DNA from: Macrostomum lignano
Lineage: Eukaryota
NCBI GenBank assembly: GCA_002269645.1
Contig: NIVC01000733.1
Coordinates: 132,766 to 196,765 of the forward strand
Reading direction: 5' to 3'
DNA length: 64,000 bases
Both the position numbers and the translations under genes were made by a program. The notes beneath the pieces were generated by a model. That model worked only from the letters and a program-made list of their open reading frames with translations, searched no databases and had not been told where the DNA came from. Each line of letters begins with the position of its first letter. Position 1 is the stretch's first letter. Positions 36,608 to 51,038 of this stretch are shown piece by piece.

Positions 36608-37185
36608 CGATCGATAATTTTGGTCTCTCTCTTCACCCACCCCAAAAGATCGATAATTCTGGTCTCTCTCCACACCCACCCCAAAAAGATCGATAATTCT
36701 GGTCTCTCTCCACACCCACCCCAAAAAGATCGATAATTTTGGTCTCTCTCTTCACCCACCCCAAAAAGATCGTTAATTCTGGTCTCTCTCTTCACCCACC
36801 CCAAAAAGATCGATAATTCTGGTCTCTCTCCACACCCACCCCAAAAAGATCGATAATTTTGGTCTTTCACCTCCCCTACCCCAAAAAGATCGATAATTTT
36901 ATTTTCTCTCCTCAACCACCCAAAGAGATCGATAATTCTGGTCTCTCTCCACACCCACCCCAAAAAGATCGATAATTCTGGTCTCTCTCCACATCCGCCC
37001 CAAAAAGATCGATAATTCTGGTCTCTCTCCACACCCACCCCAAAAAGATCGATAATTCTGGTCTTTCTCCTCACCTACCCTAAAAAGATCGATAATTCTG
37101 GTCTCTCTCCTCCCCTACCCCAAAAAAATCGATAATTTTATTTTCTCTCCTCAACCACCCAAAGAGATCGATAATTCTGGTCTCC
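36608..37185. repeat. ~41-bp minisatellite (AAAAGATCGATAATTCTGGTCTCTCTCCACACCCACCCC)
   Basis: About 14 tandem copies. Confidence 0.94.
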
Positions 37186-37548
37186 GGACCGTTAAGATAT
37201 TCCACAACTTTACCAGAAGGTCGGATTTATCCCAAAAGGGCCAGTCTATTCAATACCCTTATGTGCTAATTAGCCCGTGGGTGATACTTCATCTCCTGAT
37301 GCAGGTGAAACACTAACATTACACCAGGTGTCAATTAGGATGATGTCAAGATTTATCGAAGCAGTTACATCGATGAAGCTACAGCCTCGACTTATGCTCG
37401 CAAATAATCCAAAATTGTAGAAACAGCCAGTCAAGAGAGAGTCACTAAGCCACAGAAATCGCAGATCGCCAGAAATCAAATGCCAGCAGACAAGGCCTCA
37501 CAAACTGCTGAAATTTTTGTTGCGATTCAATACCGATGACATTTATTT

Positions 37549-38425
<877 letters not shown>

Positions 38426-39269
38426 AGGCAGACAGACACAGACTCTGTCTCTTTAATTGCATAAGCTTGATTCTAAGGATAAGTTGGAAGCTTATCAGTA
38501 AACAAGGGTCGCGATTAGGGGCAATTTTTATAAACTAGACGAGTTCGCTACGATATAATATGAAAATTCGACTCAGAAGTTCATTGAAAAGCATTTACGA
38601 GTACATGAGTGGAAGTGCGGGACACGAAAGAGTCGTGAGAGCACATCAAGTAAGTTTCAGATCGAGTTGAAGAGGAAAACACGACAGGCCCGCCCACTCA
38701 ATGGGAGTGCACTACCGCGCTCTCATTTCTCCATTGACTATTTTTAGCAATCCCAATCTTTCACATTATTGACTCCCAGTAAAGCATTAAATATAGAAAT
38801 CCGGGTTGTATCTAATTAGACAAATATCTTAGTTGAATACAAAGTCAAAAAATTGTTAAAAATTTTGAAAATTTTTAAAAATTCTTGCATTGTAGAAATC
38901 CACACCAACGAATATATTTATCCCAATGAGGAGGAATCCTAAGGGAGTTTGTGTCTTAGGCTATCTTTTTATCTTTTTAATCAAATGCTTAACTTTTCCG
39001 GCTTACTAAATCAGACTAATTATGCACGTTTGAGTTCGTGTTTTTTCATAGTATTTCTAGTAGTAGGGAATTACTACGCAATAATTTTATAGTGAAAAAA
39101 TATTTTTTACGTATTTTTTATTATCAATTTTTTTGCTTGGGTGCGAAATCGTGCGCTTTATAAGGAAAGTCGTTCTCTTGACTTTGTAGACACTTTTGGC
39201 ACGATTCTCCATATTATTCGCCAGTGACATGAATGAAATGAATTACATTGTCGCTAGTACATAAATATT

Positions 39270-40005
39270 TTCGCCATTTGCATGAACCTTGGCCCTAATT
39301 AAATGAATCTTGGCGCTAATTACATAAATCTTGGTGCTAATTACATGAATCTTGGCCCTAATTAAATGAATCTTGGCGCTATTTACATGAATCTTGGCAC
39401 TAATGACTTGAATATTGACGCTATTTACATGAATATTTTCCCCCTAATTACATAAATCTTGGTGCTAATTACATGAATCTTGGCCCTAATTAAATGAATC
39501 TTGGCGCTATTTACATGAATCTTGGCACTAATGACATGAATATTGACGCTATTTACATGAATATTTTCCCCCTAATTACATAAATCTTGGTGCTAATTAC
39601 ATGAATCTTGGCCCTAATTAAATGAATCTTGGCGCTATTTACATGAATCTTGGCACTAATGACATGAATATTGACGCTATTTACATGAATATTTTCCCCC
39701 TAATTACATAAATCTTGGTGCTAATTACATGAATCTTGGCGCTATTTGCATAAATCTTGGCGCTATTTACATGAATCTTGGCGCTAGTTACATGAATCTT
39801 GGCGCTATTTACATGAATCTTAACGCTATTTACATGAATCTTGGCGCTAGTTACATGAATCTTGGCGCTAGTTACATGAATCTTGGCGCTAGTTACATGA
39901 ATCTTGGCGCTATTTACATGAATCTTAACGCTATTTACATGAATCTTGGCACAACTTACATAAATATTGGCTCCATTTACATGAATCTTGGCTCTAATTA
40001 CAAGA
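39270..40005. repeat. ~21-bp minisatellite (CATGAATCTTGGCGCTATTTA) with a 128-bp higher-order unit
   Basis: The monomer array contains three near-identical 128-bp blocks starting at 39351, 39479 and 39607. Confidence 0.92.
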
Positions 40006-40489
40006 ATCTCAGTTACATAATTCGTGGCGCCATTGAAACAGAAAAAGCTAAAAACAAGCAATTTAGGCTACTTGCTGTTAACAAATATATATTTATCTAA
40101 GCTAAAAATTTCGGGCACAATATCTTTATAAATAACAAGCGTCAGCATCTGTTTTTGTCTAGAAGCCATAGCACTGAGGCTGCTTATTATATTTCAGGTC
40201 TTGTTTTTTTTATTTTGAGGTGAGAACTTAGACAGAGCTGAGCGAGAGAGCCGACAGGTGGAATTCTCAAGAATTTTGATTGGGTCTTAACCTTTAAATC
40301 CGCAAGTAATTAAAATTATTTTTTACTTGCTTATTTTTAGGTCACTTTTACTTGTACAAACTAAAAAATTCTCACTTTTCAAAAGCTAAATTCACTTTCT
40401 TCACGAACTCGAAAGTTTTAGATAGTAAGAGACTTAGCGGCTGTTTTAACTGTGCAATTCTTTAGTTAGAAATTCCGGTCATCGGGAGG

Positions 40490-41160
40490 GAGACAAGAGA
40501 GGGAGAGAGGGGAGAGAGGGAGAGAGGGGGAGAGGGAGAGAGAGGGAGGGAGAGAGGGAGAGAGGGAGAGAGGGAGAGAGGGAGAGAGGGAGGGAGAGGG
40601 AGAGAGGGAAAGAGCGAGAGAGGGAGAGAGCAATAGATAAAGAGAGAGAGGGGGGTGAGGGAGAGAGGGAGAGAGGGAAAGAGGGAGAGATGGGAGAGAA
40701 GGAGAGAGGGAGAGATGGGAGAGAAGGAGAGAGGGAGAGAGGGAGGGAGAGAGGGAGAGAGGGAAAGAGCGAGAGAGCGAGAGAGGGAGAAAGCAATAGA
40801 TCAAGAGAGAGAGGGGGGGTAAGGGAGAGAGGGAGAGAGGGAGGGAGAGAGGGAGAGAGGGAGAGAGGGAGAGAGGGAGGGAGAGAGGGAGAGAGGGAGA
40901 GAGGGAGAGAGGGAGAGAGGGAGGGAGAGAGGGAGGGAGAGAGGGAGAGAGGGAGAGAGGAGGGAGAGAGGGAGAGAGGGAGAGAGGGAGAGAGGGAGAG
41001 AGGGAGAGAGGGAGAGAGGGAGGGAGAGAGGGAGAGAGGGAGAGAGGGAGAGAGGGAGAGAGGGAGAGAGGGAGAGATGGGAGAGGGGAGAGGAGAGAGG
41101 AGAGAGGAGAGAGAAGAGAGGAGAGAGGAGAGAGAGAGGGGAGAAGGTGAGAGATAGAGG
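40490..41160. repeat. GA-rich simple repeat (GAGAGAGG)n
   Basis: Almost purine-only tract. Confidence 0.93.
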
Positions 41161-41736
41161 AAAATCATCCCATTTAAGCATCCCATTTAAGGAAAAATCA
41201 TCACTAACATCAATACCATTGAGCATCATACAAGAGGGGAGTCTTAGACGTACCTAAAAAAGTAAGCTTTCGATTGCTGATGAATTTAGCCTTGAGCCTT
41301 TTGGCGTCAAAAACAAAGCCGTCAATCGCTTTGATCTGCAAACTCACTCGTTAGGGCGTCAATATTTTTGGCATTGAAAAGTCATTAAAGGCCAGCGTGT
41401 GTAGGAGCAGATTGCATCGCTTTTTAGCTAGCGAGAATCGGCTACTATAGCAAGAGAATTCAACTAATGAGCTATCAAACAAAAGGAAATAATTATTAGA
41501 AAATTTTCTGCATTCTCTTTATCCTCCCGATTTGACGGAAGCTATTGTATTATGGTTTTTGATGGCCAAAACATAAACTCGCTTTTTATAGACATCAAAG
41601 ATGGATTGGATCTGCCCTGCTAAACGGCTTGAATACTCATGCCTGAGCAGTGTATATTTAAAATGTTTTTATTCACTCCTTCATTACATTAGTCATCGGG
41701 TTTGAAAAATGGTAAATTTGCAGGAGAACATGGTTG

Positions 41737-41995
41737 CGTGTCTGTGGCAATGGGGTGTCTGTGGCAATGGGGTGTCTGTGGCAATGGGGTGTCTGTGGCA
41801 ATGGGGTGTCTGTGGCAACGGGGTGTCTGTGGCAATGGGGTGTCTGTGGTACATGGGGTGTCTGTGGCAATGGGGTGTTTGTAGCAATGGGGTGTCTGTG
41901 GCACATGGGGTGTCTGTGGCAACGGGGTGTCTGTGGCAATGGGGTGTCTGTGGCAATGGGGTGTCTGTGGCAATGGGGTGTCTGGCAGATGGGGT
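41737..41995. repeat. 17-bp minisatellite (TGTCTGTGGCAATGGGG)
   Basis: About 15 tandem copies. Confidence 0.95.
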
Positions 41996-42187
41996 GTCCA
42001 GAACAAAATCCAGAAATCCAGAGCGTCAAATTAATTCAGAATCTCGCTAAAAGTTAACTCGGAACTCTGAGTCACGAGTTTGACATTCGTTTCGTGAGGT
42101 CTCTAATTATCGTCGTGCATGCTGTGTCAAAGGAAATTCCATTTATTGAGCTCGGGATTAGTGAAAATTTGAAGATGCTTCTTTCAG

Positions 42188-42768
<581 letters not shown>

Positions 42769-43243
42769 ATCTTTCTTATTATTATTATTAGAATTATGAT
42801 TAGAATTATTAAAATTACTATTTTCCGTGCTCATGCACAGCAGCAGAGTCAGTAATGTCAAGCGCCTATTAAAGGATTAGCCAGAGAAATAAGGTCATGA
42901 GGGGACGCGGGTTACGGGCGGTGAAGATCCAAACATTCGAGCTCGCGTGACAGCTCGATTTATTAAATTCCAGTTTCAGAAATGATTCCTCAAAGCCAGG
43001 CCAGATTAGTGAAATTTGAGCCGCCATCGCGTGACAGGCAGTTGGATTCTTCGGTTTTGAAGACACCAATAGGACAAATCCAAGCTGGACCGCTTCTGAT
43101 TGGCCAGTCCAGAGCTGCAGCCAATCGCTGATGGCCAGACAAGTTACCTTGGGAGATTTCTAAGGAGGGGATAAAAATGGAAAACAAAACCGACGCAGAT
43201 TAAACTACTGCCCTTGAGAGTCAGAACCTGAGTCCGGCCGACA

Positions 43244-44546
43244 ATGAATCCGGACTCCAATGCAACAGACGGTAACGTCACTGATGGCAGGCCTGGCACT
43301 TTTGCATCGGTCCTGAGTCCGCTGCACATCCAGGTGATCTTGGGCTTGTGCTACGCCTCCATGGCCCTGCTAATTGCCTGCCTGTGGCTGTTGAGTCGCC
43401 GGCCATTTGTCAGGTATCGGCTGAGCTGCCTGTTGCTGGTTCGCTGGAACTGCGCGGCAGACTTGGCCTGCCTGCTCAACAAGACCTGCTTTGCGTTGTT
43501 GGACCGGCCGGAAATGCTGGAGAATGCCGGGCAGCACGTGGCCGCCTGGGTGTGCAAGCTGTACCACTTCAGCGACAATGCGACTTTGACCCTGCAGGTG
43601 TGGGCGCTCACCCTGTTTCGCTATGGAACGGGCGGCGATGTGCCTTCGACTGAAATTTGCGCTGAAACACTTCAACGCTTTCCGCCTGAAAATTGGCGTC
43701 ACCGTAGCCGGGATTGTTGGTGTCGCTGCGCACCTCAACTACCTGTGGATGTTCAGCATTGTTGGCGAAGGCCTGAGCAATCGCGGAGGCGGACGCGAAG
43801 ACGCCACCGACAGCTCCGGAGATTCGTCGGGTGAGTCGCGGGCCGAACTGATCTGTAGCGTACTGCCCGAGTTCCACTCCGTGTACAGCGTGGCCGTGAT
43901 CCTGGAAGTCTTCGTCAATATCTATGGCCCAATTCTGATCTGCGCTGCTTCCACCGCGGCCGTACTGGTTGGTTGGCTCTGCGGCAGGGCGGAGCAGCTC
44001 AGTCCGTTTGGTGGCAGCTTGCCCGGATCCGCTCGCGAGTGCCAGCACCAGCAGCACCAGCAGCAGTTCAGACGCGGCCGGGCCAGCAACAGTCTGAACG
44101 GAGCGACGCCCGATGGTCGACCGACTGAGCTGGCAACGTTTCAAAGCGCCGAGTTGGTGAACATCAGCGCCAGGGTCCTGTTTCTAGCCTTGGCCTTGCT
44201 CTGCTACCCGCCACTGGCAGTGACCGGCTTGTTCAAAGCTCACACCGTCCACAGCCGTTCCGAGCTGTCTCAGAGTATCTACCCGATTCTCTACTACATT
44301 CTGCAGCCGATCAAAAACATTCTGAGCGCTCTGTTTCACTTTGCATTCGTTGCCTACTTGCTGGTGGCGCACAGGAACTCAGCTTGTCGACGCATTCTGG
44401 GGCGCAAGTACGCCGCCGTGCGCCTGCAGACATCGGGCGACCAGTTGGAGCTTCAAGAGCGCAACGATGGAGAAAGCGGCCGAGATCAGCTGTCCGAACA
44501 GCAGCAGGCGGCTGTTCCAATGAAACGACTTGAAAATTGTACCTAA
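43244..44546 (+). CDS. Intronless rhodopsin-like 7TM receptor (~433 aa when joined) split by a +1 frameshift at 43616-43619
   Basis: Frame 0 (from 43244) gives N-terminal NAT/NVT sequons, TM1, TM2 and TM3 (CKLYHFSDNATLTLQVWALTLF). The +1 frame (ORF 43623-44546) gives AMER (DRY-like), TM4, the ECL2 Cys (LICSV), TM5 (NIYGPIL), TM6 (CYPP) and TM7. Removing one T from CTG TTT CGC TAT G fuses them. Confidence 0.78.
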
Positions 44547-44634
44547 AAATATTGTAGCATTGTCACACTGTTGTTAAATCGATTTTGTTGTAGTGTCTTT
44601 TCTTTTGTACAACTGTTGTTGCATACCAGAACAT

Positions 44635-45005
44635 TGGGGAGAAAGGGAGAGAGGGGAGAGGGGAGAGAGGGAGAGAGAGGAGAGAGAAGGGAGGAAGGGA
44701 GAGAAGGGAGAGGGGAGAGAAGAAGAGAGAGATGAGAGAGAAAGGAGAAAGAAGGGAGGAAGGGAGAGAAGGGAGAGGGGGAGAGAAGAAGGGAGAGATG
44801 AGAGAGAGAGGAGAGAGAAGGGAGGAAGGGAGAGAAGGGAGAGGGGAGAGAAGGGAGAGGGGAAGAGAAGAAGGGAGAGATGAGAGAGAGAGGAGAGAGA
44901 ATGGAGGAAGGGAGAGAAGGGGGGAGAGAAGGGAGAGGGGAAGAGAAGAAGGGAGAGATGAGAGAGAGGAGAGAGAGAAGGGAGGAAGGGAGAGGAGAGA
45001 GAGAG
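44635..45005. repeat. GA-rich low-complexity repeat
   Basis: Purine-rich tract 3' of the receptor gene. Confidence 0.92.
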
Positions 45006-45599
45006 TAAAAATCTGCAACCGCAGACCTCTAAAAAGCATTCTACAAGCGTCGTATTATTGATATTATTCATTTTGATAATTTTGCCACGTTATTCGATGT
45101 TATGAAAAATATTTATCCGCATAATACTTTAGCCAATAGGGTATGTATTTTTCTGTAGACGCGTCAATTAAAGGTTAAACCGTCCCGCAGTGTTTGACTG
45201 ATCTGCAGTGGGCGAACAAATCACTTTGCTACATACACAGCAGCTGCTGTTTTCAATGTCTGAATTGATTGATTGGGTGTTAGTATTTTATATCGATTGG
45301 CACGATGGCAATGCTAAGTTCTGACAATAAGCGTAGATTGTATTTATTGGATTTGTTTGAAATAAATTATTAAATCTATACATGTCTCACAGTTTGAGTC
45401 AAACGCATTGGGACTGCAGTCAACTAAGGGAAGAAACAAATATACTCGTAGGAAATTGTACTCCAATAGGTTTTGCGTTATTCTAAAATAGTTTTGTACA
45501 AATTTATTTAGCATTGAGTAGGTAATTAATTATCACACTACAAGATAAAGGAGTCATTGGGTGCATGCAGAAGTGCAAATAAGTTGTTGAGATGAAGAA

Positions 45600-46080
45600 A
45601 AAGGAGGGAAGAGAAAAGGGAGAGGAAGGGAGAGAGGAAGGGAGAGAGGAAGGGAGAGGAAGGGAGAGGAAGGGAGAGGAAGGGAGAGGAAGGGAGAGGA
45701 AGGGAGAGGAAGGGAGAGGAAGGGAGAGGAAGGGAGAGGAAGGGAGAGGAAGGGAGAGGAAGGGAGAGGAAGGGAGAGGAAGGGAGAGGAACGGAGAGGA
45801 ACGGAGAGGAAGGGAGAGGAACGGAGAGGAACGGAGAGGAACGGAGAGGAAGGGAGAGGAACGGAGAGGAAATGCGAGGAAGGGAGAGGAAGGGAGAGGA
45901 AATGCAAGGAAGAGAGAGGAAGGGAGAGGAAGGGAGAGGAACGGAGAGGAACGAAGAGGAAGGGAGAGAGAAAGTGAGGGAGTGAGAGAGGAGGGGTAAA
46001 AGAAGCAAAAGTAGGAACACTTAAAAGGGACATGAAAGGGGGAGAGAGAGAAGAGAGTTAGGGAGAAAAGGAAGGGAGAG
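45600..46080. repeat. (GGAAGGGAGA)n 10-bp repeat
   Basis: Direct tandem run with GGAACGGAGA variants. Confidence 0.95.
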
Positions 46081-46664
46081 AATGATAAATGACATTGCAA
46101 GCAAGTGTGGTGTGATCAACAGCAGAACAATGTCAGAAGTGCACATTGATTCATGTCAGAATTAAAAGCAAAAGCAGAAAATTTCACCCCTTGTATGGGC
46201 TGAAGCATAAATTATTAGTCTGTAATAATGACTTAAAATAATTGAGTCAACTAAAAAAACAGCTGAAGCCACTAGCTATCTGATTATTACAGAGTTCGGT
46301 TACATCTAATTACAGACAGTTTTACTGTCTATTCAACTTCATTCAGTACCCTTTTTCCTAAATGTTGTACAGTTGCGTCAAGTCCACACAGCACTACGCC
46401 TCTGACGTAGATAGGCTGCAGGCTTTTCGCGAGTATTTTCAGCCCCACTCCAACACCCCTTCCCGGATTTACAGCAGACTAAAGCCGTGGCCTCCTGTGT
46501 GGAGTTGAGATAAAAGCAGGACAAGTTCAGCGAACTGTAGTTCCTTCGTTTCGGCCGTCAGAGAATCTTCCGTGTAAGAGAAATGCAATACCATACTTGG
46601 TAATGAGCGATTAGAGCAAGCACTAAATATTAGTGTACTCCAACAGCTCTGTAATGCACTGTAG

Positions 46665-46937
46665 ACGCCTAAATCTGTGTCATTATTGGCGACCTAAATC
46701 TGTCAACATTGGCGCCCTAAATCTGTCAACATTGGCGCCCTAAATCTGTCAACATTGGCGCCCTAAATCTGTCATTAAAGGCACCATAAATCTGTCATCA
46801 TTGGCGCCCTAAATCTGTCATCATTGCCGCCCTTAATCTGTCAACATTGGCGCCCTAAATCTGCCATCATTAGCACCCTAAATCTGTCATCATTGGCGCC
46901 CTAAATCTGTGTCATCATTGCCGCCCTAAATCTGTGT
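46665..46937. repeat. 22-bp minisatellite (TGGCGCCCTAAATCTGTCAACAT-like)
   Basis: About 12 degenerate copies. Confidence 0.9.
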
Positions 46938-49454
46938 CACAGAATAAGAGGTTAAACAAGACTTTCATGCAACAGAATTCAGTGTCAGTATTACTGAAGT
47001 GTCAGAATTCAGTATTCAGTGCTTCTCGGCACTGGTGTTTATGTAGCAAATTACAACTTTTAAGATGGACACTGCGTCAATTCTCACTAAATCTTTCTGA
47101 TAAGAACGAAGCGCATTGATCGCTAAAATTAGTCTCAGTTCCTGTCGGAACAACCTGAATCGCTACGACTATGCAAGCGAATATTCGCAATGTCGCCTCA
47201 GGCGTCACATTCAACTAAAATAAGAAGCAGATACAGCTGAGCGAATACAGTTGCCCCCTCCCCCCACCCGCGGCGAAGACTCAAAAAATACAATAACAAC
47301 TTTTTCTTACGCGCCGTGCCCCCAAATCATTAAAGTGCGCCCCCGCCCCCGACACGGCCTTGAAGTTCGAATACAAAACTCAAGGACTACTTAACAACTC
47401 AACTCAACTAAGCTCACGTGCCCAAGGTTTAAAAGTGCCTTTAGTTAGGCAAAATATCGTGCAGCCAAAAGGGGTGTGGCCGTGTTTTTCTTCACTTTTA
47501 GCTGCAACTTGATCATGCTGCGAGTTGCAAAGCTATATTGGAAATGATTTCATAGTTTCAGCCAATATAGTTGGTCATGCATAGGACCGATCAGGATTAG
47601 TGCTACGTACACATGACTGTTTTGATGCTAGGGTCAGAGCAGCTGATCGCAAGAAACGTAGTCAAGAGAAGATCATAGAGACATTCTTGATACTGACGAG
47701 AGAGCATCATGTACTGCAGACTGTAAAATATTCATGAGACTTTTTCCGACGTTTTAAGGTCAAATTCAGGCATACAGGCGTCGCCAAGGGGCCCGGTCTG
47801 TGTCTGAAACAGCAATTTATGGTGGCACCGGTACTAATTCTTTGTCATCTATTTGCCAGAAAAATTAAAAAATCTATGAATATCTCCGTGATCAAAGAAC
47901 CGATAAAAAACGGTCCGAAATGTTTATATTAGCTAAAAATAGCAAAAGAAAACAATATATGGAAAGTTCTTGATATTCCAGATGACATAAGCCCAGATGT
48001 CAAGCATAGAAAAGTGTCGTCTAAATAGAACTTAGCAAGTCACGGTAAAAAATCACTTCCCTGTCCTCGCTATGTAAGTTCTGGAGCCAAACTTGTTTAA
48101 TGACCTTATAATAGGGTTTTAATATTGACTGCACTATGAACTTAGTATTCATTTGGTATCAACATATAGAATACATATATGCAAGTCCTCCGTAGATCCA
48201 ACAGACAAGTGCAGAAGCTATAGAGACGTAAACTTGCCATGGTCTATTCCCCGATCCTCAACAACAACAGCTAAATTAAACTGCTGTGACATCCTTATAA
48301 CTACTAATCAGACTTGCCGGCAACGTCAGAAACAATGCTGAAAACTTTTTGTTTTTGTTCGCATAAAAAGTGCTCAGAAAAAAAACTTCATTGTGCACAC
48401 GGGGTCGACCAGTGAATCTCATGGAATACGAACGACTGACTGAAAGCTGAAAAAATCAGTGCTGCAGGGATGCGCGAAAAAATTAACGGTTAGTTGCAGA
48501 CATTTGCTATTTGTAAAAGCCACTCTCTTTTCTCTTCTCACGGCTCTACTTTGATTTAATTTGCTTAAAGGAAAACGCGTGTCGACCTACTATTGTGTTC
48601 TTCATTTTCAGCTTCAGCAAACTAATGAAACAAACTTACTCAAATAAAGCAATATTGACAATCGGTTTTGCTCAAATGCATGATTCTTTATTGCTTTCTA
48701 GACACAGCGGAAGTAAAAATATACAATTTGTCAGATTTTTTTTTCAAAAAAGTGATTTGAAAATTAAAAAATAACCGCCTCCTTCTTTTAAGAAATACTA
48801 GAAGCCTGTTTTTTGGATTTTCGCCCACTAAATTAATTGCGTTTTGTTAATATTTCGTTGGACGGATGTCAACTTAGATTAACGGTTGTACTACAAATAA
48901 GAATTATCAAGCCGAAAAATTGAAAGTTGAAGTGTCTTTACCTATGAATCACGTATGCACACGAAATTTATGTAAAAATTTGGATTATGATAGCGACAGC
49001 TATGTAACTGGATCTATTCTACCAAAGATTCGAGTCCACGGCCCATGGCAAGTAAAATATATCAATAAAACTACGGGGAGTCCACTATGAAATATACCAA
49101 TATTGATGGGCTGCAGAGGGCAGAAATGAGCTATAACGCCGAGGCTAACGTGTCAGCTCGTATCTGCCCGATGCGGCCCATCCATGTTATAGTTAGCGGG
49201 CGTGAAACCGCGTTTCACAGCTCGCTGAGACTGTCTATGGTAAAATCCCATTTACTCCAACGCATTCGATCAGTCGGTTTAACGACCCGCTGAAAATATC
49301 TATGGCAAAGTCAGAAGAAAGCGGGGTCAAGGGGGCGCTTAGCCCCTTTGCGAGGGTTTGAGGGCGGAGCCCCCACATTTGCACACCACCAGCACTCTAG
49401 ACAAAGAAAGAAAGAATGAAATCTAACAAAATTTCTATGGCCAAAACCTTTTCA

Positions 49455-50288
49455 ACTTCGGATTTGTCAAAAGTGAGTTCAAATTCGTCAGCGTATGCAA
49501 AACTATATAGCGCTCAAGGAAAATAGAATGAGTGTCTATGGTAAATTTTTAGAGAAAGTGACTTCGAATTCGTCTAAGTTCGAGCTAAGTGAAATTCGTC
49601 AGTGCAAATACAGCCTGATCAGAAAAAGTGCTGCTTTGTCCATGGTAAGAAAAGAAAGTTAATTTCTTGAAATCTTCATTTCATGCTTTGATTATTGTCA
49701 AAGATGCCCTACATGAGAATTTCGCCTGTGGATCGCTCTAGACTCGTGCGTTGTTTTCAACAAGGACGAGACTGGAGACAACTCGCAATTGAACTGGATA
49801 TCAAGAGGACAACTGCCAGTGACATCATCAGGAGATATGTTGATGAGGGTAGGATCGATCTTAACGCGCGTGGAGGTGCAGTGAGACTAAAGTTTTCTGA
49901 GGAGATGCTCGGGGCGTTGACGAGGTATGTGAAAGAGAAGCCGACTGTGACCCTCAAAGAAATGCAGCAAAAGCTTGTTGCAGATTTTCCTGCTGCTCTT
50001 GCTGTGACAACGCAGGCAATCAGTCGTCGGCTTGACGGGACTTTGTGCGTTACATTGGCTGTTTACTTAAATTTACCATAGACACCTTCTTTTCTTACCA
50101 AGGACAAAGCAAACACTTTTTCTGATCAGGCTGCATTTGCACTGACGAATTTTACTTACTTAGACGAATTCAATGTCACTTTCTCTAAAAATTTACCATA
50201 GACACTCATTCTCTTCATATTATCATAGAGCGCTATATAGTTTTGCATAAGCTGACGAATTTGAACTCACTTTTGACGAATCCGAAGT
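49455..50288 (+). mobile_element. Tc1/mariner-IS630-type internal-deletion derivative with ~200-bp inverted arms
   Basis: Arms 49455-49657 and 50086-50288 are near-identical inverted copies (e.g. GTCAAAAGTGAGTTCAAATTCGTCAGC, GAATGAGTGTCTATGGTAAATTTTTAGAGAAAGTGAC). They enclose a truncated transposase ORF. Weaker inverted similarity extends to about 49185 and 50470. No clean TA termini were found. Confidence 0.8.
49704..50081 (+). pseudogene. Truncated Tc1/IS630-family transposase (paired-type HTH region only, no DDE domain)
   Basis: MPYMRISPVDRSRLVRCFQQGRDWRQLAIELDIKRTTASDIIRRY...RGG...KPTVTLKEMQQKL...TTQAISRRLDG is the bipartite HTH. The ORF runs into the right arm before any catalytic domain. 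Confidence 0.8.
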
Positions 50289-50482
50289 AACTGATACTAA
50301 ACATTATTAAGCACCAATAAGCTTTACTTTTAAAATAGACAAGTTTTGGAAACTTTAATCTCATATGCATACGAGGTTTTTTACTTATTGAAGTCGGCCA
50401 TAGATTATTGCAGCGGGCGGGATGCCGTGTGTGTTTCACCCCGTTTCAACACGCCTAGGCTAACTATAATGTAAATCTCGAT

Positions 50483-51038
50483 GGGGTGCTTTCACAAGGT
50501 CGAAATTTCACAACGTCGAAACTTCACAAGGTCGAAATTTCACAACATCGAAAACTTTAGCAAGAGACTTCATAAGGTCGAAATTTCATAAGGTCGAAAT
50601 TTCACAACATCGAAAACTCAAATAGCAGCCACTTTCACAAGGTCGAAACTTCACAAGGTCGAAATTTCACAACATCGAAATATCTAGCAAGAGATTTCAT
50701 AAGGTCGAAATTTCACAAGGTCGAAATTTCACAACATCGAAAAATCTAGCAAGAGATTTCATAAGGTCGAAATTTCACAAGGTCGAAATTTCATAACATC
50801 GAAAACTCAAGTGCAGCCACTTTCACAAAGTCGAAACTTCATAAGCTCGAAATTTCACAAAGTCGAAAATTTTATCTATCAAGAACCATACAGTAGTTTT
50901 CTACGTTGTGAAATTTCGACCTTATGAAATTTCGACCTTATGAAGTCTCTTGCTAAAGTTTTAGATGTGGTGAAATTTCGACCTTGTGAAAGAAGGTGCT
51001 TTCGACGTTGTGAAATTTCGAGTTTGTGAAACCCCCCC
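50483..51038. mobile_element. Non-autonomous foldback-type element (556 bp) with arms built from 16-bp tandem repeats
   Basis: Left end GGGGTGCTTTCACAAGGTCGAAATTTCACAACGTCGAAA; reverse complement of the right end GGGGGGGTTTCACAAACTCGAAATTTCACAACGTCGAAA. Unit TTCACAAGGTCGAAAT is direct at 50490-50870 and inverted at 50900-51030. 8-bp TSD ATCTCGAT at 50475-50482 and 51039-51046. Confidence 0.88.

Noticed and set aside
43590-43625. A small intron as the explanation for the receptor frameshift (CAG/GTGTGG at 43597)
   Set aside because: An intron of realistic size would delete the end of TM3 and the ER motif; the two frames join with loss of a single base.
47273-47284. GCGAAGACTCAA, resembling part of a flatworm spliced leader as I recall it
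   Set aside because: Only 12 nt match. The rest of the leader, its terminal ATG/GT donor and an Sm site are absent.
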